Below the pieces are notes generated by a model. It had not been told where the DNA came from. It saw only the letters and a program-made list of their open reading frames with translations, and did no database searches. Of a DNA stretch of 64,000 nucleotides, positions 10,951 to 22,899 are shown one piece after another. A program made the translations under genes and the position numbers. Source of the stretch: Gekko japonicus. Lineage: Eukaryota. The stretch is taken from positions 731,980-795,979 of the forward strand of contig NW_015164680.1 in NCBI RefSeq assembly GCF_001447785.1, read 5' to 3'. Position 1 is the first letter of the stretch. Every line of letters starts with the position of its first letter.

Positions 10951-11075
10951 CCTAGCCATCCGATAGGTGCGCCCTAGGATCCGTTCAGGCTATTGTCTCT
11001 GGAAGCGAAGATTGGGCCATTCGCATGGCCACGTGCGGACCCGACCGTGTGCGTGGCTTCTCTGGGTACACAACA
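10951..11075 (-). repeat. Gypsy 3' LTR (alignable part)
   Basis: Direct repeat of 15019-15143; 18 mismatches in 125 nt by manual count; begins TG directly after the PPT. Confidence 0.85.
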
Positions 11076-14000
11076 CACCTCCCCCCTTGGTCCAGATTAC
11101 CCCTAGCTGACATAGTCTTTTAAGTGTGCTGGTCTCTTCTGTTCCCTTGTGGAGTGGCGGACCTCAGGGGCCGGCGCTGAGATCTCGGGTACCGTACTTG
11201 TCGGTTCTGGGGAAGGAACGTCGGCTGCGGGGGCCACTGCGGGGGCCGGTGTGCTGCTAGGTTCCTGGCTGGCCGCTGGTTCCGAGCCATTGCTGTTCTC
11301 CCTCGGTTGTGTTTGAGCAGCCGCCTCTGGTGCCCCGGGCGACAGATCGTCTTCTGGGCTGTCTTCCGGCATGTCCGGGTCTGTTGGCAGGAGAAGGTAG
11401 CATAGTTGATCAATGTGCCACCTCCACAGCTGGCTGTCGTCACATGAGACCTTGTATGAAAGCGGTCCGGTCACCCGGACAACCCGTGCTGGAACCCAGG
11501 TGGGACCCCTGCCGTAGTTTCTGGCATACACGGGGTCTTCTGGAAAGAACTCTCGTGGAGCCTCTTGGTCCTCGGGGCTTGTGCTGTGTTTTGGTGCCCG
11601 GTCCGGGTGCAGACGATCTAGCTGAGTCGTCAGGCAATGTCCCATCAACAGCTCTGCTGGGCTGCAGCCGGTGGTGGTATGGGGGGGGGTCGAGCGCTGG
11701 CTGAATAGGAAGGCAGCCAGCTTGTAGTGCCAATCCCCCTGGTCCATACAGCGCAGTGCCTCCTTCGTGGTCCAGACCATGCGCTCCTGCCTCATTCGTG
11801 GTCCAGACCATGCGCTCCGCCTGGCCGTTGGTCGCGGGATGAAACAGAGCGGAGCGGATGTGCCGTATAACATAATATTGCACGAACTCCTGAAACTCTG
11901 TGGAGGTAAAGGCTGTGCCATTGTCGGTGACCAATGAGTCCAGTATTCCATGGGTGCTAAAGATCTGCCACATCGCGTGGATGGCCAACCAGGACAAGGT
12001 AGATGGGACTGGTGTGACCTCCAACCACTTCGTGTAGGCATCAACAAGTATGAAGAAGATCTGTCCCTGGAAGGGCCCAGCAAAGTCCAGATGTAGTCTC
12101 GCCCAAGGCTTGTGGGACGACTCCCATGGCCGCACTGGTGCTTTCGGTGGCTCGGGTCTGGACTCCTGGCATTTCTAGCACCGCTTTACTGTATCCTCCA
12201 CCTCACTGTCCAACCCTGGCCATTATACATAGCTCCGGGCAAAGGCTTTCATTTGTACTATCCCCGGGTGGTGTTCATGTAGGGTGATGCGTACTCATCC
12301 TTGCAGGGGTGGCGGTATCACCACCCGGCTTCCCCACAACAGACCCCCTTTTTGTGCAGACAACTCATCGTGGCGTGATGAGAATGCTGAGAACTCGGGT
12401 CCCACTGGGCCGGCACGCCACCCTCTCCCCACCCAGTCCAAGACCCGGGAGAGGATGTGATCCCAGGTTGAGTGGCATGACACCTCCCCCACCTGAACCA
12501 GGTGATCGGGGAGGTACGCCAGCAGGTCTATGTGGTGCGCTGGGGTGGGGTCAGGGTCGAAGGAAGACAGCGGGAGGTGGCTCAGGGTGTCTGCATGGCC
12601 CATCGCCTTACCCGGGCGGTGGAGCAAGGAGTACTGATAGCCAACGAGGAAAATGGACCAACGGAGCACCCTGGGAGACAAAATCTGGGGGGTCTGGTGG
12701 TCCGGGGTGAGTAGACCCAAGAGGGGCTTGTGGTCAGTAATGATCCTGAAAGTCCGGCCATAAGGGAAATCGTGAATTTTTTTCACACCGGCAACGATCG
12801 CAAGGGCCTCCTTATCAATTTACGCGTAGTTGCACTCCACAGCCAACAGTCTGTGTGAATAATAGGCCACAGGAACCTCACGGCCGTCAGCCAGCCGGTG
12901 ACCCAGGACCACCCCCACCTCATAAGGAGAAGCGTCACAAGCTAACACCACGGGCAGGGACTCATTGAAGTAGGCGAGGACCTCATTCGAGACCAACAGG
13001 TCTTTTACTGCCTGGAAGGCGTCGTCATGTTTAGGACCTCAGACCCAAGAAGCATGCTTATCTAAGAGTTTGTACAGAGGTTCAGGAATGGCGGCCTTGT
13101 GGGGGAGGAAGAAATGATAAAAAATTTAAAGTCCCAGGAAAGCCTGTAACTCTGCCTTAGTTGAGGGCGTGGGTGCTTGACTGATGGCATGTATCTTGTC
13201 CTGCATGGGGTGAATTCCATGGGCATCCACTGCAAACCCCACAGAATGCATTTCTCCCACTTCACCTTCAGGCCAGTGTTGGCGAATTGCTCGAGCACTG
13301 TCTGTAGCTGTGCCGCAAAGGTCTCGGAGTCTGGAGCCACAATTAAAACATCGTCAAAGAACAGCTGGAGTCCCAGGATGCGTTTGAGGAGGCAATCCAT
13401 CAGATTCTGAAAAATCCCCGGTGCAACGCTCACCCCAAATTGCAGGTGCCGCACTCTGAAAGCCCCCCTGTGGGTTACTATGGTTTGAGCATTGGCTGAG
13501 GTGTTGTCCACCGGCAGCTGCTGATAGGCCCAGGTCAAGTCCAGCTTGCCGAAAGCCCTTGCTCCCACCATGGAAGCCAATATCTGACTGACCACCGGTA
13601 CCAGGTATGCGTGATCTTGAAGTGCCTTGTTAACGGTGCACTTATAGTCGGCACAAATACGGATGTCCCCATTAGGTTTTATCGGGGTGACGATGGGGGT
13701 TTCCCAGCGGGCATGCAGCACTGGTTCTAGTACCCCCTGCTCTACCAGGCAGTCCAGTTCGGCTTCTATCTTGGGTTGCAGCGCTAATGGGGGCTGCCTG
13801 GCCTTCATTTGGATGGGCCGTACTTCTGGGTCAAGTTCAAGGGAAACTGGGGTGCCGGAGTAGCGGCCAAGCATGCCGTCGAATACTCCCAAGAATTTCC
13901 CGCAGACCGAATTAAAGTCCTGAAGTTGTACCGAGTTTACGCCCGTCACTGCAAATCCCAGGGGCCCAAACCACGCACGTCCCAGCAGGCTCATGAGTTT

Positions 14001-15018
14001 CCCTTCCACCAACAGCAATTCTAAAGGGCCATCAAAGTCTCTGAATTGTACCCTGAATTTGCCCTAGCCCTTGATGGCCACGGGTTTTTTTTGGACAGAC
14101 CCCGTGGCTTTTCCAGGAGGCCCCCCCCCAGGGCAGAGTTTCTGTAATGTCTCTGCTGAGATTATGGAAAATGAGAAGCCCGTGTCCAGTTCCACACAAC
14201 AGGTGGACCCCTCTATTAACATCGTAATGCGCATTTTGTTAGGGGCTTCAGGGGGCAAATTCAGTACCTGGTGCTGCTGGTGGTTGACGGTGTGCAGAGG
14301 TCCTCCAGATGGGTGGACATCTTCTTCCAGGCACTGCGGGAGCAGCAGGCGTGGGTGATGTGGCCTTACTTCCTGCATGTTCGGCAGACGGCATTGTGAA
14401 AACAGCACGTCCGCCGTTCATGTGCATCTCCACAGCTGGCACACAGCGCTTGGGCAGCAGACTTGTCGTGGTGTCCGGTTGCTCCCAATGGTGTAAGCGG
14501 CTTCCTGCGGCTGGGCTGGCGAACGAGCGAGACTACTTCTTCGTCCAAGTTGTTGAACGCCGTGGCTGGGAACACGTGGTGTGTTAAAGATGGTGGACAG
14601 TCACGGTGTGAGCCCTCGAATGTGGTGGCCATCTGGAGGGCTACATCTAACTTGAGGTCTGCGGTACCTACAAGTTTGCAGCAGAGTTTGGTGTCTCGAA
14701 GCCCCCAAAAGAATTGGGTTAGGATGTTTTCCTCCACCTTCATGAACTCACAGTCCACCGCCTGCTGACAGAGTTCGGCCATGAATACGGAGGCAGTTTC
14801 GCTGGGCCCCTGGAGGCGTGCCTGGAAGTCCATGCGCTTGGCCATCATGGTGGGCTTCAGCGCATAGTACTTCATGAGGGCCTCGGCGATCTCATCGTAC
14901 GTGTTCTCTGTTAGTTTATTCGGCTTATATCCCCGTAGCAAACCACACCCAAACACACACCCACACCCGTGATAGGTTATTTACAGTGTACCCAAGTCCC
15001 ATAGGTCAATTCTCGGAT

Positions 15019-15143
15019 CCTAGCCATCTGATAGGTACACCCTAGGATCTGTTTGGGCTATTGTCTCTGGAAGCAACACTTGGGCCATTCTCATGGCCAT
15101 GTGCGGACTTGACCGCGTGCGCAGTTTCTCTGGGTACACAACA
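15019..15143 (-). repeat. Gypsy 5' LTR (alignable part)
   Basis: Direct repeat of 10951-11075 beginning TGTTGTGTACCC. Confidence 0.85.
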
Positions 15144-15634
15144 CCGTACTTTTAAAGTGCGTGTGTGTTATTGATTAACCAACTGCTCCACCATATGTTT
15201 CAGACCCATGTAGACCACTTAATTTTAAAAGGTATAAAAATCATTCCTTGCTTTCGGTGGTTCCACATTATAAAATAAAAAGCCCATAGGGGGCAACCCA
15301 CACACTAAAAGGAAATGCTAAAATTCAACAAACTCGTCCTGTTTCGATCAAATGCAGCTTGGGGTTTGTTTGTTTTTTGCATTTACTCACTTTAAACTGT
15401 GTCTACTGCTCATTTAAACTAGACCGGGTTAACAGGGGATTTTAAAATCTTTCCACCTGTTTCAGAAAACTCTTGTTTGTAATGAGAAACACTGCATTTT
15501 CAATGTAATTTCCACATAGCTGTAAGTTTGACTGCTTCTCTCCCCCCCCCATCTTGCTTTCCACCCATTCATCAACCTTTTATTTAGCCTTTTATATAGG
15601 CGAAGGAGGTGATCTGGAGGAGCCAGCTTCTTAC

Positions 15635-15686
15635 CTCTTTGTGTGTCTGTCAGCCATATGCCGGAGGACATTTGATATTACCAGCA
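15635..15686 (-). other. Candidate 5' (UTR or alternative) exon of the PsuG-like gene
   Basis: Acceptor ctgccttcttgcag| and donor GAG|GTAAGA bound a 52-nt segment in non-repetitive-looking sequence; no homology support. Confidence 0.3.
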
Positions 15687-16344
15687 CTGCAAGAAGGCAG
15701 GTCAGATGGAAATTGCAACAGAGAGCTCTTGGCATCAGCTGTCTGACATTCCAGTCAAAGGTTCTGTGTGGATCAAGTCCAGTCATCATTAACAGAATAA
15801 AGCAGCTGGGACTCTTAAACCGCTCTCTGCTTTGGGAAAGAGGGAGGTGGTTATGTCAGTCTCCAGGGGGAAAAGAATTAATCTGTGATTTCTTGAGCTT
15901 TCTGTGCTTTTCCATTTCAACAGCATGAACCTACATGGGTAAATTAAAGCCAGCTTCGGACAATCTTTTAAGGAGATTTACTAGGTTGTAGTAAATTATC
16001 AAATTAAAGCCAAAACATACTGAATTTCAGGAAAACAGCAGTGTGGACAACTTGCCTCCCTGCCCCCAAATTACAAAAACTTTTCAGCAAAGGGGGAGAA
16101 ATCTGAAGTAAACCATAGGCTGCAGTCACACTCTCCATAAACATTTGTCCTGATGAGTTATAGCTTCAGTGGATTGAAATGAACCTCAGCCACTGCTCAC
16201 CAACTGCTGAGTTATCTATTTGTGAACATTCCAGTGCCTCAGATTCAATCGATAAGGGAACGGGAAGAGCACTATTTCTGGTTCCACAGATAAACACTAA
16301 GTGAATGAATAACATCTTATAACAATTTCAATTAACTAACAGCA

Positions 16345-16649
16345 CATAGGAACATAAGAGACGCCAATGTTGGATCAGGCCAAAGGCCCATACAGTCCAA
16401 CACTCTGTGTCACACAGTGGCCAGAAATACCAGGTGCCATCAGGAGGTCCACCAGTGGGGCCAGGACATTAGAAGCCCTCCCACTGTTGACCCCCACCCC
16501 CAAGCACCAAGAAGACAGAGCATCACTTGCCCCAGAGTCCCTATCTATACCTTGTGGCTAATAGCCACTGATGGACCTCTGCTCGATATGCTTATCTAAT
16601 TCCCTTTTGAAGCCGTCCATGCTTGTAGCCGCCACCACTCCCTGTGGCA
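16345..16649 (-). mobile_element. CR1 LINE 3' fragment
   Basis: Reverse complement of about 17248-17566. Confidence 0.85.
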
Positions 16650-17080
16650 AACTCACACTTCTAAATCAACTGAACCCAATGGGCTTAATTGGCCTGTGCA
16701 AAATAAGTAAGCAAAATGGAGTCTGGTTTCCACTAGCGCATAGTGGACAGGTCAGCTATGCTCTTGTGCTAGGCTGAAACCCCAAGGTCAGAATTTTGCT
16801 GATTGCCAGACTCAGCAATGGCTTACTAGGGAGGGGGGGCAGATGTTGTTCTCAAAACCCTGCCTTCTAACAATGTACCTCTGACGTCATCTAGAGCTGT
16901 AACACTGCTTTTGAGCAACTTATATAGCAGAGGTGTCAAACATAAGGGAACCAGCCCAACCAAGGCTATTATGCAGCCCGTGAGCAACTACTGCAAGAGA
17001 GGGAACAAGAGACTGCTCAGGGAGAAGTGGGCAGAGCCACTCTGAATGTGGCTTCAGCATGGCAGAACAACCTCGTCTGC

Positions 17081-17574
17081 ATTATAAGATTATGCATGGG
17101 AAAGAGCAGGTAGAGAAAGAGGTACTTTTCTCCCTTTCTCACAATACAAGAACCCGTGGGCCCTCCATGAAATTGCTGAGCGGTCGGGTTAGAACGGATA
17201 AAAGGAAGTACTTCTTCACCCAAAGAGTGATTAACACTTGGAATTCACTGCCACAGGAAGTGGTGGCAGCTACAAGCATGGACGGCTTCAAAAGGGAATT
17301 AGATAAGCATATGGAGCAGAGGTCCATCAGTGGCTATTAGCCACAAGGTATAGATAGGGACTCTGGGGCAAGTGATGCTCTGTCATCTTGGTGCTTGGGG
17401 GGGGGTTTGGGGGGGGGGGGTCAACAGTGGGAGGGCTTCTAATGTCCTGACACCACTGGTGGACCTCCTGATGGCACCTGGTATTTCTGGCCACTGTGGG
17501 ATACAGAGTGTTGGACTGGATGGGCCTTTGGCCTGATCCAACATTGGCATCTCTTATGTTCTTATGTTCTTATG
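17081..17574 (+). mobile_element. CR1 LINE 3' fragment
   Basis: ORF2 C-terminus RTDKRKYFFTQRVINTWNSLPQEVV, 3' UTR and (CTTATGTT)n-type tail. Confidence 0.9.
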
Positions 17575-18442
17575 CAGCAGTCAAGCAGTGTGGGAGCATC
17601 TGCCCAGTGCTGCACTGCTGGCTCTCCAGTCCGCCCATACGGGTTTTCCTTTGCACCCCCCTCCCAGCCCAGAGGGTTTTGCAGTGAGGTTACAACAACT
17701 CGGAGCTTACCAGCTGCTGTCCTTTATACAGTTTATATCTCCAGTACCTGGCATTAAGTTTTATGGCACACATGGCCCGACCCAACAAAGTGACATTTAT
17801 GTCAGACTCTGTGCTCTTGGGTTTTTTTCCTGAGCCTCCCCCCCCCCTTCATAGGTAGACAAGACACTCCTGAAATCGATTGCAATAAAACTAGTTCAGA
17901 GGACTCACTCTGAGTTATGTTGCTGATGACCTCCTGGCCAACAAGCATTTGACCAATTCCCCGCCAGCCCCATACCTTGTCTCATGAACCTACTCTGGGT
18001 CTATGTATTCTTACATGTGTGTTGCATGTTCGTGTGCATGTAAAACATGTTTATTTTCATCGTGCCACCACCCCCAAGTTAAAATTCAGCCCCTTCTGGT
18101 ACTGGTGACTTGAGAAACACTGGAACAAAATTTGAGTCCAATGGCACCTTTAAGACCGCCAAAGTTTTAATCAAGGTATAAGCTTTTGTGTGCATGCACA
18201 CTTCTTCAGATATACTGATAAAGGCTGCCTCTGAGCAAGTACAAAAGGCAGTTTCCTAGCTACTCCAGCCCTTCTCCTGTGCAGGCATGTTTAACATGTC
18301 TGTTGAATCATAGCCTACTTTCTCAAACAAGAAAAGACTATATTCCTACAGATGAAACTAGGGTGCAGGCAGAGAAAATATCTATTAATGCCTACTGGTT
18401 ACAGATCTAATGAAAAAAAATATAAAATATGTCTGCACTAAC

Positions 18443-19003
18443 TGAGAAGAAGAAAATAAGATATTAGATTTATATCCTGCCCTTCACTACCTGAAGGCGT
18501 CTCAGAGCAGCTTACAATCACTTTCCCCTTCCTCTCCCCACAACAGACAACCTGTGAGGTAGGTGAGGTTGAGAGAGCTCTCTCAAGAACTATCCTTGAA
18601 AGAACAGCTCTGAGACAACTTATGACTGACCCAAGGTCACACCAGCAGCTGACCAGTTTGGTGTACTGGTTAAGTGCGCAGACTCTAATCTGGGAGAACC
18701 GGGTTTAATTCCCCACTCCTCCACTTGCACCTGGCTGGATGACGTTGGGCAAGCCGTAGTTCTGATAAGAGCTGTTCTTGAAAAAGAGCAGTTTCTGTCA
18801 AGAGCTCTCTCAGCCCCACCTACCTCACAGGGTGTCTGTTGTGGGGAGGGGAAGGGAAAGGAGTTTGTAAGCTGCTCTGAGACACCTTTGGGTAGTGAAG
18901 GGCAGGGTATAAATCCAATCTCTTCTTCTTCTTCTTCATGTGGAGAATCAAAACCGATTCTCCCAGATTTGAGCTCACGCTCTTAACCATTACACCAAAC
19001 TGA
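18443..19003. mobile_element. SINE nested in an oppositely oriented SINE of the same family
   Basis: Minus copy split at cagcagctg|catgtggag by a plus copy (about 18652-18937). Confidence 0.8.
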
Positions 19004-19064
19004 CAATACAGAGCAGTACCTCCAACAACCTACCCAGATCTGTGGAATAAATGCACCTCCAGAC

Positions 19065-19270
19065 CAGTGTTCCCTCTAAGCTGAGTTAGTGTGAGCTAGC
19101 TCACAGTTTTTTAGCCTCTGGCTCACACATTTTCATCTTAGCTCAGGAAGGATGGCTCCAGAACAAACTAATTTATGCAGCAGCCAAATCGCTCACTCAC
19201 AACTTTCATGCCAGTAGCTCACAAAGTAGAATTTTTGCTCACAAGACTCCACAGCTTAGAGGGAGCATTG
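19065..19270 (+). mobile_element. About 205-bp hAT MITE (CAGTGTTCCCTCTAAG TIR family)
   Basis: TIRs cagtgttccctctaagctg / cagcttagagggagcattg; TSD ctccagac. Confidence 0.9.
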
Positions 19271-20284
19271 CTCCAGACACACACACACACACACCCCCCC
19301 GGCAACCTGCAGAGCAATCTGGCTCCCAGTGTTTTGGCAAAGCATTTGAACAAACCAATGGATCTTAACAACCTTTTAAATCCTTCTTGCCCTGTGCTGG
19401 AGGGAAGCCTCACACAATCAGATTTAGGGGACCTGCCCACACAGAAAGGTGCTCCCCAGTCTCCCTCCAAACATCCTGGAGCAGATGTCTCACACATCAC
19501 CATACCCAGATCATGTTTCACAACTATCCATCCTTCCTCCCTGGAAGGTAGGCAAATGGTTATCTGTCTGCAGAAACACATCCCCCACTCTCTAACTTCC
19601 TTGTGCATTTTATGGCTCTCTTCCTTGGGAAAATAAATGGCTGTCAGGACCCCAGGAACTCCCCAATGGATGTCAAAGCACCTTGCATCTCTGAATTGTA
19701 ACACCTTATACCAGTCTCTAAGCCCTGCTCTATTCCAAATGTAGGTCATGTGATCTTCAGGCAAGTTCACTAATTACCAGTTCCTCAACATTGGTAAATA
19801 TAAGAGAATGTCTCTAAATTGTATATTTAATCACTATAAGTAGGACTATCCAAGTGTTGGTCTTCTGTATTAACCGATTAACTACATTAATTCTTACAGA
19901 TAATGTTTGTTCTGGATGGATGAAAACTGTTGAGTAGAAATTACAGCATTATGCGTTCACACAAAAAAATATTAAACAAGTCCCCACCCCCAAATTAAAC
20001 AAAGAATTTGGGATATAGCACTACAAGTCAATAGAAAAGGGTCTCAAAACAATCTGGCAGCATGGAACCACAGCAACACCCCCCCACAAAAAACCCCCCC
20101 AAAATACACCTTCCTGTAGAATATCTTTATCCCTTATAATCCCCCAAATATTGAAAAGCCTTCACTTTGGCCCACTTTAATGTTATGCGTGAGAATGCCC
20201 ACACATGTTGTGTGTGAGGATGTGAGAACACGAAAACAAAATCTCAGTATGTGGTGCAGCAGCTGGTCTACTAGATTTTAACAG

Positions 20285-20455
20285 CAGAACTAAACTTGAA
20301 TTCAGTGGCACCTTTAAGACCAACCAAGTTTTATTCCAGGTATAAGCTTTTGTGTGCAAGCTCATACCTTGAATAAAACATTGTTGGTCTTAGAGGGGCC
20401 GCTGGTCTCACGCTTTGCTCTGCTGCTTCAGACCAACACAGCTACTCACCTGAAT
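20285..20455. mobile_element. Fold-back Penelope-type short element
   Basis: Inverted arms (cagtggcacctttaagaccaac / gttggtcttagaggggccgctg); 14-bp flanking duplication ctag(a/g)ttttaacag. Confidence 0.65.
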
Positions 20456-20789
20456 CTAGGTTTTAACAGGAGAGACTCAGGTTTAAATCCCCATTCAGCC
20501 ATGAAGCTCAATGGATGACCTTAGGCTATTTGTTATCTCTCAACCTCACCTACACTTTTGAGTTATCAGGATAGGGCAAGGAATCCTACATACAGTGCCC
20601 TGGATTCCTTGAAGGAAGGGCAGAATAAATATAAAACAGAAACACCCCTCCCCATACGTTCCTACTGTGCAGTGTGTTTGGATACCGGTCTCCAATTTTT
20701 GTCACATAGAACTTTTGTGTTTCAAAATAAAACTGAAACTCCCAGATACAAACCACTTAGTTAATGGCCAACTGATTGTTTTTCATTAT

Positions 20790-21270
20790 TACGGCCCCGG
20801 TCACACGGGCCGGATATCACAGGGGGGAGGCGTGGCTAAATGCCCCGGAGGAAACTAACCCATGGCTGCCCAAGCACACCTCCCGGTCGAGGTCCCGTGG
20901 TTTGGGGAAAATGTCGATCAGACGTGTATCCTGCAGCGCGACACAGAAGCCGTGCTGTGCGATCGCACTGGCTATCGCTCTTAGTGCGCATGCGCTGTCG
21001 GGCGCTGTTGCGCAACCTGTGGAGACGAACAGCGGCGGGCGTCAGATGCCACGTAAATCCACCGGGAACACGATCAGATGCCCGCCCTTGGTTCGCGGTT
21101 TCAGGAAACTAGTAACTCATAGGTACTAGTTTTTAATTCTGCACCTTCGGCGGGGAGCCACGGGTTTGCCACAGGAGCACTGCACTTCCCAGATGTTGGG
21201 GGGAGATCGCGCCCGGGAAATCCGCGGGACTCCCGTGCCTCTCCCGCGGCAACTTTGCCGTGTGACCAGG
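20790..21270 (-). promoter_or_regulatory. CpG-rich patch; candidate promoter and first exon of the PsuG-like gene
   Basis: Locally high CpG density, NRF1-type palindrome GCGCATGCGC at 20986-20995, and a minus-strand donor gccATGG|GTTAGT at 20859. Confidence 0.45.
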
Positions 21271-22255
21271 GCCTACATGTATTTATTCAGTGTAAGCTCT
21301 CTTCACAGAATACAATTATGTGTACACCTAAGAATTTTTTTTGTAAGTGTACATCTAAATATATAACGGGCTAATGAAATAAATAGATGTCTGAAAAGTG
21401 GTTGCCAACCTCCAGGTAGAGCTTGGAGATCTTTCTAGGAATTACAACAGATCTCCAGACTACATAGACTGCAGTCAGATGGGCAGTTTGGCCCGATATA
21501 GTTGCTTTTCCCTGATGGATTTAACTGGCTAATTCACACAGCCACATCTGGCAGCCATTCCCAGCCGTACTCACCCCATCATAAGACAAGGTGGAGATGG
21601 AGTAAATAGACAGTAGCTGAATTCCAGTGCTAATGGATCCCCTGTGCATTCATTTTCTCATTTCTGGATGTCTGGACTCCCCCGGTGCACACTCAAACCA
21701 GTTTGGAAGTGTGAACCTTTAGTTCTGGTTTCACCGTTCCATTTTAAAAAAATGATAGAGCATATGCACATGGTCGCACATGCGCATCCAAGAAATGTTT
21801 TCATAAAAAGGTCAATGCTGTGTTGTTTTTTTAAAAAAAATACCAGACTGCATGCTCCATGGTTGACGCACAGCACGAATCTGAACGGTCAACCATGGAA
21901 AATTGCGCAGTGTGGCCCGATCAGGGTGGGAGTCTGACCAAAAATCCCTGTCACAAAATGCAACGGAGTAATTAGGGGCGCACTCAAACCGTGCCGACCT
22001 GCCAGTCTGTCCGCAGCCACTGATCAGTTCTTCTGGCCGGTGGACCCCTGGAGAAAATGGCTGCTCTGGAGGATGGGATGGCATCCCCACTAAGGTCCTT
22101 CTTTTCCACAAACTCCACCATCCTCAGGCCCCACCCCCAGATCTCCAGGAATTTCACAACTCAGAATTGGTAACCGTAGTTGCAACTCCAGCTGCATTCT
22201 AAATGTGTATTTATCTGATAGCTGGGATTGGCTGAAGCTATCTTGTACACTTAGC

Positions 22256-22605
22256 CAGGGGTCGTTTCGTAGAAAAAGAGCTAGGGGAACTCATTAGCAT
22301 AACTCATTAGCATATGCCACACCCCCTGGCATCACCGGAAGTGTGTCATAAGGCCACACCCCCTGCCTCCAACGGCCGGTGGGAGTGCAAGGAAGCCCTG
22401 CGAAGGCCCTGCCTGACCCAAGGCAGGCAGGGGTGGGAAGAGGCAGGGAGGAAGCAACTTACCCTCCCTCTTCTCCTGCCTCCTCCTGGCTGAATGAGGG
22501 CTGGAAGCGGTGGCCGGAAGCATGGGGGTGGGGCTTTGTCATGTGCCCCCCCACCTCACCCGGGGGAACTGCGATCCCCTGCGATTCCCCCCAAAATGAC
22601 CTCTG
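22256..22605 (+). mobile_element. hAT-type MITE (CAGGGGTC TIR family), copy 3
   Basis: Same family; TSD cacttagc/cacttacc (1 mismatch). Confidence 0.88.
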
Positions 22606-22899
22606 CACTTACCAGCAAACTTCTTTTTGATCTGGTAAAATGTTCAGTGGTGCTGGAAACTTCCAAATATACAACACGGAAGTATGCATTACTGAATACA
22701 CCTCGTAAATCATTCATTGTAATTGTGCATGAATTACTATAATTATACGTAACATATATACATCACTGGTTATGGTGCAATTTACTCACACAATTTATAA
22801 TTTACACTGTATCCATTTCCTTGAGCGTCGTAAGGAATTATATGTTGCTACACACACAAGGAAGCAACAAAATTAAAGAAGCAACAAAAGTATGCACCG

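Larger units (their letters stand above)
10945..15143 (-). mobile_element. Decayed Ty3/Gypsy LTR retrotransposon (gag-PR-RT-RNaseH-IN)
   Basis: Gag with CCHC knuckles (14366-14956), protease ELDTG (14064-14408), RT IRICADYK...FFDDVLI (13062-14018), RNase H/linker ITDHKPL (12295-12786), integrase WARLHLDFAGP...TDNGTAF...HPATNGQAER (11440-12135). It has many stops and frameshifts. The PPT aggggggaggtg abuts the 3' LTR starting TGTTG at 11075. Confidence 0.93.

Noticed and set aside
11103-14956. Gypsy ORFs as a domesticated host gene
   Set aside because: Multiple stops and frameshifts, a 31-bp internal duplication in integrase, and LTR and PPT still attached indicate neutral decay.
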